Shown here one piece after another: positions 36,671 through 50,070 of a DNA stretch of 64,000 nucleotides. Origin of the DNA: Octopus sinensis (lineage: Eukaryota); contig NC_043016.1 of assembly GCF_006345805.1 (NCBI RefSeq), forward strand, positions 17,112,001-17,176,000, in the 5' to 3' direction. The notes under the pieces were generated by a model. It was not told the origin of the DNA. It saw only the letters and a program-made list of their open reading frames with translations, and searched no databases. The translations under genes were made by a program, and so were the position numbers. Every line of letters begins with the position of its first letter. The first letter of the stretch is position 1.

Positions 36671-39600
36671 AGAATATCTTTTATTTTCTTTTTACATGCA
36701 ACCTTTTTTTCAACTAACCCTCTTCACTTTGCCCAAGTTACTACTAAGCCTAGCAATGAGTTGTTTCTTTTAATATAATCATTCCCGGCAAGCATTTTAC
36801 ATCCAAACAACTTTTTCTACCTTTTCTTGTGTAACTTACATTAGTGAGCCTCTCTCTTTCACCAATATTCCTGAAGTCATGAAACGCTATTATTAGTAAT
36901 GGATTTAAAAAAAAAAACTCGAGAAATAACGACTGATTTGTAAAAAGCAGTTGCATGACATCAAATTCAGAACAGTGGTGAATGACCAAAGCCCTAATTG
37001 TCTTCAACAATGTTGGTTTATTTTTATTGTTTGGACTGCCGCATGCTAATGTTGGAGTAGGATATTGTGGAATCAAACTAACAGGCTTAACTTTGTTAGA
37101 ATTTATGTTTTCAACTCTAAGAGGTTTCCCTTAATTAGAATTGTCATATTGTTTTACTACCACCTGCTCGTAGTACCTTGACTCTCTTCTCATCTGACCA
37201 GATTGGAACGTCTGGTCTTTTGCTTCTTGTTAGAAGTTCATCTCCTACCAGAACACTCAGCGCAAAGGATTCAATACGCCATGGCTGATGACACGCAGAT
37301 AATCTTTCAGTGTACTTTACACTTTCTTTTTTTTTTCTGTTTTTCTTTTTTTTGTTCTTTTGTCTGTCTTGATTTTATTTTTTCTCTCGTCGTTTCTCTT
37401 GCTTTGCCTTTTACCTCCAGAAAAATATTCAAACCATATTGTTATGGTAAGAAATTTTGAATTGTCTTTAATTTCGAGATTATGTGACTAAAAATGCATA
37501 GTTATGCACGTCTGTTTCGTGAGAGACGTTTGTCCAAGCTCATCTTTTGACAGAGCTACAATCCTAGACCAGGCGTAAACTGAGGATAAACGTCTAGCAT
37601 ACAGAGTGCTGTCAGGTATTCATGACTTGTAAATAAGATTATGCGGATAACGAACCAGTTATCTTTTTATTCTACGGGAAATTAACCAAGTGAGACGATG
37701 GACGTTGGTGAAGATGTACTGAATAACTTTTTTGAAATAAGAGTTTATAGACAATATTTTTTAAATCTTGACCTGTACTTCTGGATGTGTCACCGGTTCG
37801 TAATAAAATCTATCGTCGTGGTGTAAGTCGTCAGCCGGAAAAGTACTCGAATTGTGCAGGCAATGCTAAAACAAGCAACGACAAGAGCACCAACACCGAA
37901 AAGCTAAACACAATATCAACGATAACAAAAACAACAAGAAAAGAATTACCTTTCATGAAAGCTCTAATCTTCGGGATTTTTTTTAGACTTGCGAGAGTCC
38001 AAGGGTAAAAATGTAAGACGACTTAATTTAGAAGAGGAAAAAAATAGAATCATAAGAAAGCTGATTACCTACAGCGCAAGAGTATCACATCACACGTCAG
38101 CAAAGTTTTTATTTCAAGGTGAGACGGAAAAATATTCCACCTTTCTTTGTATCACAAAGGAATGTTTACCAATCCCTATTTAAAAACAGAGTCGTCTCCA
38201 CACAAAAGGAACGGGCCACAGTGATGAGATTTTAGAAGATTTCGAAGAGGAGCCTGATGCGAATGAGAGGAATTTCCAAATTTTTATTGTGTTTGAAAAT
38301 TATTTAAAACATAAAATCACTGGTGAATTTCATACTGCAGTATCCCATATCAAGTGTTTCGTATGGTGTAACAAAAGGTCAAATTATTTCAATAAAGAAA
38401 ACGTTGACCATTTGAGGGATTTCTGAACTCACGTAGAGTAACAACTCAAGTGAGCCAACTGCTACCATCAATACTCACATTAAAACAAAGACAAAAACTG
38501 ACTACAACAATAATCAGTTAAAAGACCTATATGAAGAAAAATAAAACAAGAACAGCGACTTGTAATCCTTCACTTCCTACAACATTTTCGAAGGAGTGTA
38601 CTCTTGAAACAACCGGCAATGACATCATAAGGAAGGATATTAACAGTTTTACAAATTAACAGCATGTCTTTGTTCTGTCGGATCCACTTCCGATGGAGGA
38701 TTGTCAACATGTTAGAAAGACCAAAGTCGACCGATCCTTAAAACACAAAAATCGGCAGATTAGAGAAGGATGGTGGTGAGTTGACGGGCCTATCGACAGA
38801 AAAACAACAATGATAATAATAGCATTAAGTATACTGTTGCTTTAACAAGAAGTTGATGGAAAAAAAACTAATAAATGATGATGAAAATAAAGAATATAAA
38901 GACACTCCTCCATTGGGCGGAAATAGAGGAAAACTACCACGGAATCTATAACAGAACATAGGATTATCTCGGCTTGAGACCATCATGTGTCTCAGATACT
39001 CAGCAATATTACGTAGGGAGTAGATCAAGATTGAACTCTTGATAACCGGAATGTTATCAGATTTTCACAACGCCCTGCCGACTGAATAATACTGTCGGTA
39101 GAATATCAACTTTCTCATTACCACAAAGGATTTATGGAAAAATTGCCATACGATCATTTTGAGTATCGATGACAAACATGATGCAGATTTTCTGAAGAAT
39201 TTTCAAAATGAGTTTTAAGAATAAATAACAAAAATTTTTGCTTTCTGTTAGCGATAATTTTGAACTTTGGTAGGTTGTACTGTTACTGTTATATTGTTAC
39301 CCTGTTTTAGAAGTGCATGTCAAAGTCCACGACAGTTTGCTCGCAGATTTATGAACAATTGTTCCTGTGACGTCTGAGTTATGGCTCCATTGGGAAACGT
39401 CGTTTAGCAGTATCAAAAAAAAAAAGTGGATCATTAGTTTCAGCCTTGTGATATTATAAATGAGGGGCGTAGTGGACGAGGTTAAAAATTTGAAGGCACT
39501 TTTATAAATTTCAAACCATGTCCTCATTGCTTTCTTTTTTCTTTTCTTTTTCTTTTTCTTTTAACCCCGTTAATTGACGTCTAAAGGTGGAAAGATAGAT

Positions 39601-42600
39601 TCTGTAAATTCTCATCTCCAATAAATGTCAAGACTGACCAACGTGAGAGACGAACGTCTTTTCTTTCAAGTTTCTTTTGTTTACTTACTGTAGGGAATGG
39701 GAACTTGCTTTCGTATTGAAGGAAATCAAATTTCATGGAGTATTCTGAGTTGCACTGTGGTTATCTCCCTTTTTGGTAAATTGACGGTATTTGTTGCGGG
39801 TCATTTGACTTTCATCACTCCCAAAGTCGATCAGATATAGAGTTTTAACAAAATACCTTATTGTATTTAATCTTATAAACACTACATTATTCTGTGGAAA
39901 TCGAATTCTTGTATCGTTTATTTAAATTTCCTAATTAAGTAATCGTTAATCCGAATATACAAAATGAATGTCATCGCAACAAAGTAATAACGGATATCAA
40001 TAATATTTTTCATCAGAAATCATATTTCTATGGCGTTCCTAGAGTACGTACAGTTTTCTCGATGCATTATTAGTGAAGCCCTCAGAAATGTTATTTCTTA
40101 TGTATCATATATATTTGTAAATTCAAATGGTTTAATTATGTTTGTCCTGTATGTTCATTTAATTATTTCCAGGGTATCTATAATTATAAGGATTCATTGT
40201 TTCCACGCTTCTCGTTTTTGTTGTCTCTATTGTTTGATCTTTATATTTGAACAATTATTCTGTTCCTTTTAGAAATACATTTCAGTTAAGAGTAACTTCT
40301 TCTCCTGGTGGCTCTTTGCAACAATATCTGATCGATTTACTTTGTTATTTCTCTTTCTCGCTTTGTCTGTGAACAGAGACAGAGACAAAGAAATAGAGAA
40401 AGAGTGAGTAAGTGTGAGTGAGTGAGTGAGAAAGAGAGAGGGAGAGAGAGATTGGCATATCCCCATAAGTTGGCCGTTCGGCAAAGGGATCAATAAATTA
40501 AGTATCCGGCTAAAAAAAAGTAAAAGATAAAAATAAAAGATACCCTAAAGTAGGGTTTCTTTGTCGTTCACGGAAAGTTTTTCGAGATTTTATCCTCCAA
40601 TATAAGCAAACCTGTACCCGAATATTGATTGCTATAGCTGCAGCCTTTCGGTTGTTATGCTCTTTCGCCTGTCGTAATCGATAAGCTTTCAGGACTTCGA
40701 ACCGAACCTTTTATTAAATTCACGGATGTATTTCGTTCTCATTCCAATGTCCTTAGCAGGGATAATCTCTTGTTAGTTAATCTCCCATTTGTTATGTCTT
40801 TTGCTGTTCTCGCTTCAATTAAATTATAAGAGATCGTTTGACTGACCCAGGGACTGAACCCATGTCAACTAACTACACTTAACATTTTATTAATGCATAT
40901 ATTCACTGTCTCATTATCCATTGGGGATAATTAGGTAGTGAAAATTGGAAGCGTTAATTCTAAACTTGTTGACGGTCTTTCTTTTATAATTATAAGCTCT
41001 CAAACTATGTTCATCTCTTTGTTAGGATTACTGAAGAGGTTATCAAAGTCCAGCTTATATGCTGATTCAATAGAATCATATCATCCAGGGAACCATCGAA
41101 ATAACCTCCCAAGGATGAAATAACAACAAACCTGGCCTACACAGAGTTGATAAAAACGGACAAGGAGAAACGTGGATACCGTCAGGATAAACAAAATAAT
41201 AAATACAACAACCAAGTATTTATAGTAGGAAGTAGATATTTCCTCGGGAATGTCAGAACGGAAACAAGCAGCGTGGAAGGCAAACATCGGTTTTTTAATG
41301 AAATCAATAATAAAAGACAATTACCCTGTAAGTTTCACAAAGTTCTGTTAACGGAGATTCATAAATAATATTTATTGTTAACTATTTTGTCGTGGAACTG
41401 GTCTGCAACAGACAGCATAGTCTCTTGCTATATGCCAGCCTCGATGGGGCCATATCTTTGATGAGCCCTCGTGAAGAATAACCGCAATTTACTTTTTTTT
41501 TTTAAATCTGTGGCTGAAATAGTAATGTTTTTGCTTGAGGAGGAGGAGGAGGGTGAAGTTAAGAAGTAGTGATGAGAGAGGGAAGGAATATTTTTTGGCA
41601 ATTGCACTGACAGATTAAAATGATGTCTTATTTACTTATCAGTGCTGCAGTCATAGCAAAGGCATTGGAGCCGCAACCAAAGCTATTACACCATAGCAAG
41701 TATACACGAAAATAAGCACAGCCATTTGTGACAAAATTACCAACAACAAAAACAGCAGCAGCAACAACTACAACAACGACGACGACGACGATGAGGCCAC
41801 AACTATTATCATTGTTTTGCTAACCAATTATTTAATGAACATACCGTTCACTTGCGAGCTGAAAAGATACAGTAACAAAAGAAAGATACAATACGAAAAC
41901 AAATGCAGCAAAGACACCCTGGAATAATGACATTTTCAGCTGTTTTGTATTTCGTTCTTTTACTGTCCCCCAATATATTGGGCGCTTATGGCCATTAAAA
42001 GAAGTCTTCGCCGTTGTCTTCATCATCTTTAGTTAGATACTGACCTGAACGGCCATTTTCATCGAAGTTCCATATTATAGGTGCATTTTTTTAAAATTTC
42101 AACTATTCAGAATCTGCTGTGACAAATTGTTTGTAAATTGCTGGTGAGACTAAAAAGAATTGAATTTCTCTGTATCTCTTCTAACTGAAAAGAATATAAT
42201 CTCTTGAATTTGAAGGTTAGGAAAGAGAAGTGATATTTTGAGCAATTGCGACGGTGCCATTGCCGCGAGTTGCTGCACTGCATTCGACGATTTTGTGGGA
42301 ACCAATTATGAAGATGTAAAGGGAAACGATAATAACTCGCATACAATCTAGAACACTGACAACAAAGCAACAAGAAAATTATCTCCTTTACCAAGACACA
42401 ATTTTGCTTGCAGTCAAACAGCATCAAATGCACAACTCATTGCAAATATCAAGTTTTCTAGATGTAAAAGAAATTACAATAATGTCGAAAAATACCCGTA
42501 AAATGTGAAATGGAGGCATTTAGTTCGCCAAAAGGGTTCAGAAAATGGATCGATAAAGACTATTTCCACAGTGATGAGCTTGCTAAAAGTACTCTACTGT

Positions 42601-45296
42601 CCTTTATTACTTCGAGCACATTATTTTAGAACGGTTTAAAGGTACTAATCCAGAATGATTGACCAATGGATAACAGCGGGAGTGTATTTTTTAAAATTTC
42701 CTCCCGTGGTAGCTGGTTGAAGAAAAATAGAATTCCTATTCTCTTCTACATAAAGGACTATTTTTAAAAATATTTTTAAAAAATAACTTTAGGAAAATGG
42801 TTAAATGTATTAACGAGTGTTCCGTTCCACGCAGGACACAAGAGAATTGTGTAGTAAATGTGAACGACATCACCATCATACCGTTGGACCTCGGGAATTA
42901 GTGTTTTCAGCACTAATACTGAAGAATATGTAGACATTGGGCAGAACAATTTCGGTAGTTTTGCAAACTCACTGGAATTGCTAGCCAGTATCTGCCATCA
43001 ATTCGTTTGTTAGACATTCAGTTCATGGTCGTGTACAGGCATGTTTTTATGATTGTTTCCCACCATCATCTTATGTGCTATCAATACATTATTATTCGCT
43101 GCTTTCTTCGGTTTAAATGTTTTTAGTTCGAACCGAAATCTAATCGTCGATTGAATTCTGTTGATGCGATGCTAATCGATTTATTGTATGATCATAGCAA
43201 CATCGATAGCTGTCATCTAAAACTGCTGATACCCGTTAGTCCTCTATAATCTCTCTTTGAATGTCAGACATATTTTGGTAATAATATATTTTTAGAATAT
43301 TTCTATTGTTACGGTCTGTATAGATGTCTGTTGCTTCCAGATGAAAATTACAGAACCATGTGTAATGGCTGTTTCTGTAAATATGTTAATGAGACAGATG
43401 GCATTTTCTTATTTTGATGAATTTTTATAAAAAACGACTGTCAAAAACATTCGTTTCTTATTCTCATTACACTCAAAATATTTATCTTTCATTCTCATTC
43501 ACACAGCTTTGACATATGCAATTTTACTTTCATTTATGCCCAAGTTGTAACAGAAAGTAGAATCTTCAAGTTCCTTTATTATCTCCCTTCCACAAAGTCA
43601 TGAATCCTGTGTGTGATTCTAGAGTTAGCTTCTTAAATTTTGCAGTCCGAAAATTTTTAAATTGGGAAACATATTCAACATATAATTTCAGATTGTTCAT
43701 GAAGAAGAGATGGTGAATGCGCCTTTCCTCCCTCTTCAGGATCGAATGAAATGATGACCATACATACTAAAAATATCCCATTGGTTATTCTGTGAAACTG
43801 GATTTCATAATGCCGTTGTTAGGGACCCCATATTTGTTGTTCGTTATGACGCTGTCGGATTTGTGAGTTTCCAGCATTTTAATAAATAAGTCATGTAGGA
43901 CTTAATCAAAGTCTTTGTAATTAATCCAGGTACAAAACAGTAGGGTTAACAAGTTCGCAGCGCCTTGAGAAATTGATTTTTACCATCGCTTGGGTTAATC
44001 GAAGTCTTTTGAGTGTAATTTAGTTGGAGAAAGTTTGTTAGAACGACTGTTCCAGCTCTTTATTGATAGAGTGATCACATTTATCGGTTCAATACCACTC
44101 TAAATCCTTTAGGTGTTTTAAGCAGAGTTGGACTCAACTCAAAACAATCCTGCCAACAGTTACAGAGGCTATGAAAGGAGTTATGGACGCTTCTTCTCTT
44201 TCTCTGAGCTAGGCTGTTGAAAATAAATTTCGCATCATCTTATAGCATCTTGTTAATTTAAAGAGTTAATTAGAAGTGTACCATAACGCCTTGATAGAAA
44301 CTCATTCTACCCTGCACCAATTAAATTGATGTTATTTTGCTTTGTAAAAGTTCAGTTATCCTATTGATCAATACTTTGCAAAGAAGTTTATAAATTACAT
44401 GTAAGCAAGTGATGGAGGGGCGGTTAGATGGGTCCTCTGTTTGTCTTTTCTTGGGGGTCGGTGTTACCCTACTAGTGACTAGCCACCTGGATATTTAATC
44501 CAAATTGTTTCAGAATGTTGTCAAAGTGAACATTGCTCGACAATGCAAGACGTCAAAGGTCAACACATAATTTAAGATGTTTTCAATTCCGGGGCTTACC
44601 GAAGCCGTTCAAGACAGCTCTTATGTCACGTACTTTGAAGAATTTGTTCCTCAGTTTCTATTTCTGGCAAATATACTTCTAATTATTTGTGTTTTTATTT
44701 AACTTTGCTTTCCAAAATAGGTTTCTAGAATGTCTTTAGTTTTCTTTAGTATCATATTTAGTTATCTTTTATCGGTATAAAATATTAGAAAAAATTATTT
44801 TTAAAAGTGTGCTTTTGATAGAACGATTTTCTTTCTTCAATATGCCATAATTTTAATCTACAATTTTAAGGTGGATACTTTTATTTCCCATGACGTGTTT
44901 GTTGATAGTTTAAACTTATCAACCACACTTAACATCCTCCTGTTGTCTCTTATTCGGTTGTTCTTTGAATTTTCCGAATTTTTCTGGGGAATTTATCTTG
45001 TATCAGCTGCTTTATCTTGATTCGCTATGCATAATGTCTAGTCTGATTTCATTTAACCATCGGATAGTTTATTTTGTGATGGTGGCTCCTATCTTTTGTA
45101 ACAATGGTTTACTTGTTTTCGGCTCACACGAGATAACAAACCTGTCGAAAGAGTATAAAACTGACTTTTTGTACATCGCTTTACGGAATCGTTTAATCGA
45201 CTTTGGTATTTAAGATCAGGATTTTCAAAAAACACTCTCTTAATCATAGTAATTAGGTTATTCTGGTCCAGATAAATTCAGGTAGCTGTGAATACT

Positions 45297-45645
45297 CGAC
45301 TCCGCCGGTCATGAATAACCATGGGTGCACCTAAGAGGTTCCCCTCCGGGGTACAAGCCTCACCGATGAATGCACAACCTAGGGTTGTTTTTATGGAAGG
45401 CCAGCAGTCACCCATGCCAAACCAGCCACCCGTCTCCATGCCACCGATGTTATCCAAGAGAAAGGCAAAAGCTGACACAGCTTGGCACCAGTGATATTGC
45501 AACTCATTTCTACAGCTGAGTGAACTGGAGCAACGTGAAATAAAGTGTCTTGCTCAAGAACACAACACGCAGCCCTGTCTGGGAATTGAACTCACAACTT
45601 CACGATCGTAATCTCGATGCTCTAACCACTGAACCATGCACCTTC
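45297..45645 (-). mobile_element. SINE type C
   Basis: GAAGGTGCATGGTTCAGTGGTTAGAGCATCGAG..GAGTTCAATTCC..TTGAGCAAGACACTTT; matches 61361-61682. Confidence 0.88.
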
Positions 45646-45994
45646 ACGCATGTGTAGCTGTGAATAAGGACATGAATTTTCATTAACGCTTATGATTTTC
45701 CCCCTCATGTGGTGTAATTTAACTTGCAATGGCTCTCTGCATTACATACGTTCGTCCATCCTTAAATATATTTCCTTTATGCAGAAGGCATCATAGGGAA
45801 ATTTTTAATGTCATCTTTATATAATAATAGTCGCTATAAATGTTTGTTAGTCGAGTCATGATTTTCACGGTTAGAGAGAGAGAGAGATACGGAGAAGTTA
45901 GTCAATAAAGGAACATTGAAATTGAAAAACAGAAGTAGTGGTGGTAAAGGTGATAAACGTTACTTAGTCGATAGACCTCAAATAATAACGCAAG

Positions 45995-46008
45995 CTTACA
46001 CACACACA

Positions 46009-46047
<39 letters not shown>

Positions 46048-46226
46048 CACATAGAAGCATATCTACAGAAGTAGTGGACTTAGCCATACACATACGTATG
46101 TATGTATGTATGTATGTATGTATGTATGAATGTATGTATGTATGTATGTATGCATGTATGTATGTATGTATGTATGTATGTATGTATGTATGCATGCATG
46201 TATGTATGTATGTATGTATGTATGTA

Positions 46227-46257
<31 letters not shown>

Positions 46258-46464
46258 ATGTATGTATGTATGTATGTATGTATGTATGTATGTTTGTATG
46301 TATGTATGTATGCATGTATGTATGTATGTATGTATGTATGCATGCATGCATGTATGTATGTATGTATGTATGTATGCATGCATGTATGTATGCATGTATG
46401 TATGTATGTATGTATGCATGTATGTATGTATGTATGTATGCATGTATGTATGTATGTATATATA

Positions 46465-46527
<63 letters not shown>

Positions 46528-46535
46528 ATATATAT
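45995..46535. repeat. (CA)n(TATG)n(TA)n microsatellites
   Basis: Direct reading. Confidence 0.95.
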
Positions 46536-47754
46536 AACGGGAAGCTTTATGAAAATAAACAAAAGACGAAGGCAGGTGGAAAACAAACGAACAATTGTAT
46601 TAGTATGGCGCTCAGGAAATATAAATAAAACAAGTCTTTAACGTTTCGAGCCTACGCTCTTCAACAGAAAGATACACAGAGAGAGAAAAACACAGAAAGA
46701 AGGAGAGAAAAAAAAATGCGTGCAGTAGCTAACGAATCAACATGGCGATCTGATTTCGGCCAGAGGTCAAAGATCAAACATGAGACGCGAGAGCGAAATA
46801 AGGGGAGATAATAGGGTTGATAAAAGGGTTGAGGGACCAGCTAAAAGTGCGTGGGAGGGGTCTGGATGTGTGTATGTATAGGGTTGGTGTATGTATTAGT
46901 ATGTATAAGGGTGTGTGTGTGTGTGTGTGTGTGTGTATGAGAGAGTATTAGTGCGTAAGATTGGTCTGGACGTGCGTATGTATGGGGTTGGTGTATGTAT
47001 TAGTATGTATTAGTATGTATTAGTACGTATTGGTATGTATAGGTGTGTGTGTGTGTGTGTGTGAGAGAGTATAAGTGCGTATGCGGGGTCTGGACGTGTG
47101 TATGTATAGGGTTGGTGTAAGTATTAGTATGTACTAGTATGTATTAGTACGTATTAGTATGTATTAGTTGGGTGTGTATTAGTATGGCACATCATATGTG
47201 ATGTGATGTGTAAAGTCATGTGGTGTAGTGAGGAGAAGAGGGGGAGGGGGAGAAGAGGGGGAGAGAAGGGGAGGGGAAGAAGAGGGGGAGGAGAAGGGGG
47301 AAGAGGAGACGATGGGGGAGAAGGAAGGTGAGGAGGGGGATGAAGGAGGAAAGAGGGAGAGGGGGAGAGAGAGAAGTGGAGAAGGGAGTGAGGGAGCAGC
47401 GGGAAGGGGAAGAGGGAGGGAGAAAGAGGGAAGAAGGAAGGGGAGTAGGGGTGAAAGGATGAAGGACTGAAGAAGTAGGGGTCGGGGGGAGAAAGGATAG
47501 GTGAGGAGGGGGGAGAGGGGGCGTTAGATGAGGAGGGGGGGAGAGTTGAGACCAAATGGCGTATAAGAGCGAAGAGAGAAGATTAATTCCTGTTCACGGC
47601 GCAAACGGGAATCCGGATGGCCTCTGTGTAAGGACAAACAACACAGATAGGTGTTGCAAGGAGTGACCGGTGGAGCGGAAATGGCGTGAGACCGGTGTGT
47701 CGTTCGCAAGGTGGATGTCACGAAGGTGTTCCGCGAACCGGTCAGCCAAGTGGC

Positions 47755-47755
<1 letters not shown>
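46536..47755 (-). mobile_element. Penelope-like element, 5'-truncated: GIY-YIG C-terminus plus 3' region with hammerhead-like motif; flanked by (TA)n on both sides
   Basis: LADRFAEHLRDI..PVSRHFRSTGHSLQHLSV and RLRREQELIFSLRSYTPFGLN. The 3' region holds a purine tract (47228-47540) and an about 115-bp x3 tandem (46858-47180). Confidence 0.82.
46635..46672 (-). ncRNA. Minimal type I hammerhead-like motif with variant core (CUGUUGA)
   Basis: UCUUU-CUGUUGA-A-GAGC-GUAG-GCUC-GAA-ACGU-U-AAAGA: stems I and II pair perfectly, stem III is palindromic (ACGU); A6 is replaced by U. Confidence 0.5.
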
Positions 47756-47823
<68 letters not shown>

Positions 47824-48019
47824 TATAAGTAGTTGAATGAATTATCTTAGTATGGATAATTCGGTTAACCGATACCTGGGTAGCAAATTCACGTCAGAAA
47901 AACACGGTTGAAGCTACATGCCAAGGGCAGAAATCACGTGCTTTCGTGTGGAAATTTGTGTGTTTTTTTTTGATACAAATAAATGAAAGAATGGAGTTGA
48001 ACGACGATTTAACAAAATT

Positions 48020-48114
48020 CCTTTATTCCCGACATATGTTTCGAAGGCTGCATATTCCTAATTTCGAAGGAATAAGGGGTGCATTATGCCGCCTTCTCAT
48101 CAGGAAAAACAAGG
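48020..48114 (-). ncRNA. Type I hammerhead ribozyme (left arm)
   Basis: CCUUGUUUUUC-CUGAUGA-GAAGGCGGCAUA...UAUGCAGCCUUC-GAA-ACAUAUGU-C|GGGAAUAAAGG; predicted cut after 48031. Confidence 0.75.
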
Positions 48115-48952
48115 AACTTATGTCAACATCGATTATTAAATTCAAGGAGGTTATCTATATTAATCATCATTCATATGATTGAAAGGTGTGTTTCTGCCAG
48201 TGAATGCACCTATAGGATTTTTCAACCATTGTCTGTATCCTTTCCGTTTGATAAGGGCAGAAAATTTTGTGGCGTCTGTAATTCCGAACTTTTCCATATA
48301 TTGTTCGCCAAATTCCCTTTAGTAAATACAATGGTTGAAAAATCCTATAGGTGCATGCACTGGCCTGAACACACCTTTCACTCATATGAATGATGATTAA
48401 TATAGATAACCTCCTTGAATTTAATAATTTGGTTCTATTTATACAACACCACCATAGACAAATTTTTACGCTCATAAAGGATTACTACCAAATTCGTTGA
48501 GGTATGTTTTACCTTTGTCTCTCTACCTCGCCCTCCTCTCTCTCTCTCCCTCTCTCTATCGTAAGCACAATCAAACACACAGACACAAACCTGTCACTTC
48601 ACCGCTGTTTGTTTTTAGCATCTACCCAACCACACACACAATCACGCACACACATACACACACATAGAGACGAATGCAGTTATATACATACACACACATA
48701 GGCACTCAATCGCAAAAGCAAAACAACAACACATCACCATTCATATGACTTGCACCCTGTCACCTTCCTATTCTTAGATCTCTCCCCTCCAACCTTGTTT
48801 GAACTCCTGAACTTTCTAGAATCTTCTACATTCAACCATTTTTGACGTCACTGCTTATAACGGAATATTTTAAAGAAACACTCATTATCGCTATGGACTC
48901 CGTGTGGGCAGCCATCTAAGAGTTTTTGTTCATCTTGATGTTGACATAAGTT

Positions 48953-49047
48953 CCTTGTTTTTCCTGATGAGAAGGCGGCATAATGCACACCTTATTCCTT
49001 CGAAATTAGGAATATGCAGCCTTCGAAACATATGTCGAGAATAAAGG
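48953..49047 (+). ncRNA. Type I hammerhead ribozyme (right arm)
   Basis: CUGAUGA at 48964-48970, stem II 11/12 bp, GAAA at 49025-49028, GUC cleavage triplet ending at 49036, stem I 9/11 bp. Confidence 0.78.
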
Positions 49048-49081
49048 AATTTTGTTAAATCGTCGTTCAACTCCATTTTTC

Positions 49082-49121
<40 letters not shown>

Positions 49122-49123
<2 letters not shown>

Positions 49124-49440
49124 TAGCTTAAAAACCATTCCATGTGATTCCACTGCCATTCCATGTTCTCCTCTTCCTTGATATCAACCATACTCACTGT
49201 GTCACCACACATTTCCCTCACACTAACATTCATTGCACCCGTCTCATTTTATCAAATAATAGCCCAACCCTACTAGGAGGCCCATTATAGATTTTTATTG
49301 AAATCCAATTAGCCTATAATTGAACCGGATATTAGTTTAACATGTATGCAAAGTTTCGTCAAATTGGTTCACTGGTGTAGGAGGCAATACGGTAACAGAC
49401 AAGTCGACAGATAGAAATTGCCATTTGCGTATATTATGTA
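49122..49440 (+). mobile_element. Putative non-autonomous Helitron-like element
   Basis: Starts TA|CTAGC after (TA)n; ends AAGTTTCGTCAAATTGGTTC..ACAGACAAGTCGACAGATAG..ATATT. The classification is inference. Confidence 0.35.
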
Positions 49441-49835
49441 AATGTGTGCGCGTGCGCAGTGTGCGGGTGTGCTTGTTTATAAATGATTTCAATAATAGCC
49501 GACGTAAACGTTGGATGGTTGGTTCGCTCGTCGATTCTCTAGTTACGCTTTACTTTGTATAGAGGAGAAGAGAAAGAATCAAAGAGAGATATGAAGAGTT
49601 AACATCAGGGATACCAAAATTAGTGCACATATGGACTTAGTGGTAGGCAAAGAGTAAAGGAACGCTACACACATGCACAGAGAGTGAGAAAATCGTGGAG
49701 GAGGGGGAGGGGGAGGATTTCTAAGTAAGCGGCTCATTAGTAGAATAAGTTGTTTTTCTTTTTGTACTAATCCCTTGGGTAGTTACAAACTTTAAAATTT
49801 CAAAGCTGTTCCGAATGAATTATATCGCTACAATT

Positions 49836-50070
49836 TTTTTTTTCTTTACTGCCCACAAGGGGCTAAATATAGAGGAGACAAACAAGGACAGACAAACGGA
49901 TTAAGTCGATTACGTCGACCCCAGTGCGTAACTGGTACTTACTTAATCGACCCCGAAAGGATGAAAGGCAAAGTCCACCTCGGTGGAATTTGAACTCAGA
50001 AGGTAACGACAGACGAAATACCGCTAAGCATTTGGCCCGGCGCGCTAACGTTTCTGCCAGCTCACCGTTG
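49836..50070 (-). mobile_element. SINE type B, full-length, with Tx1-like tail, poly(A) and 15-bp TSD
   Basis: TSD TATATCGCTACAATT at 49821-49835 and 50071-50085. Confidence 0.93.

Larger units (their letters stand above)
47979..49087. mobile_element. Element with about 150-bp inverted arms, each containing a hammerhead (Penelope pseudo-LTR-like)
   Basis: Arms 47979-48130 and 48937-49087 are nearly identical inverted copies; an internal hairpin spans 48132-48428. Confidence 0.85.

Noticed and set aside
41000-42500. Short hydrophobic ORFs resembling signal peptides or TM segments (e.g. MRVIIVSLYIFIIGSHKIVECS)
   Set aside because: All end within 40-80 codons, and hydrophobicity is expected from a T-rich strand.
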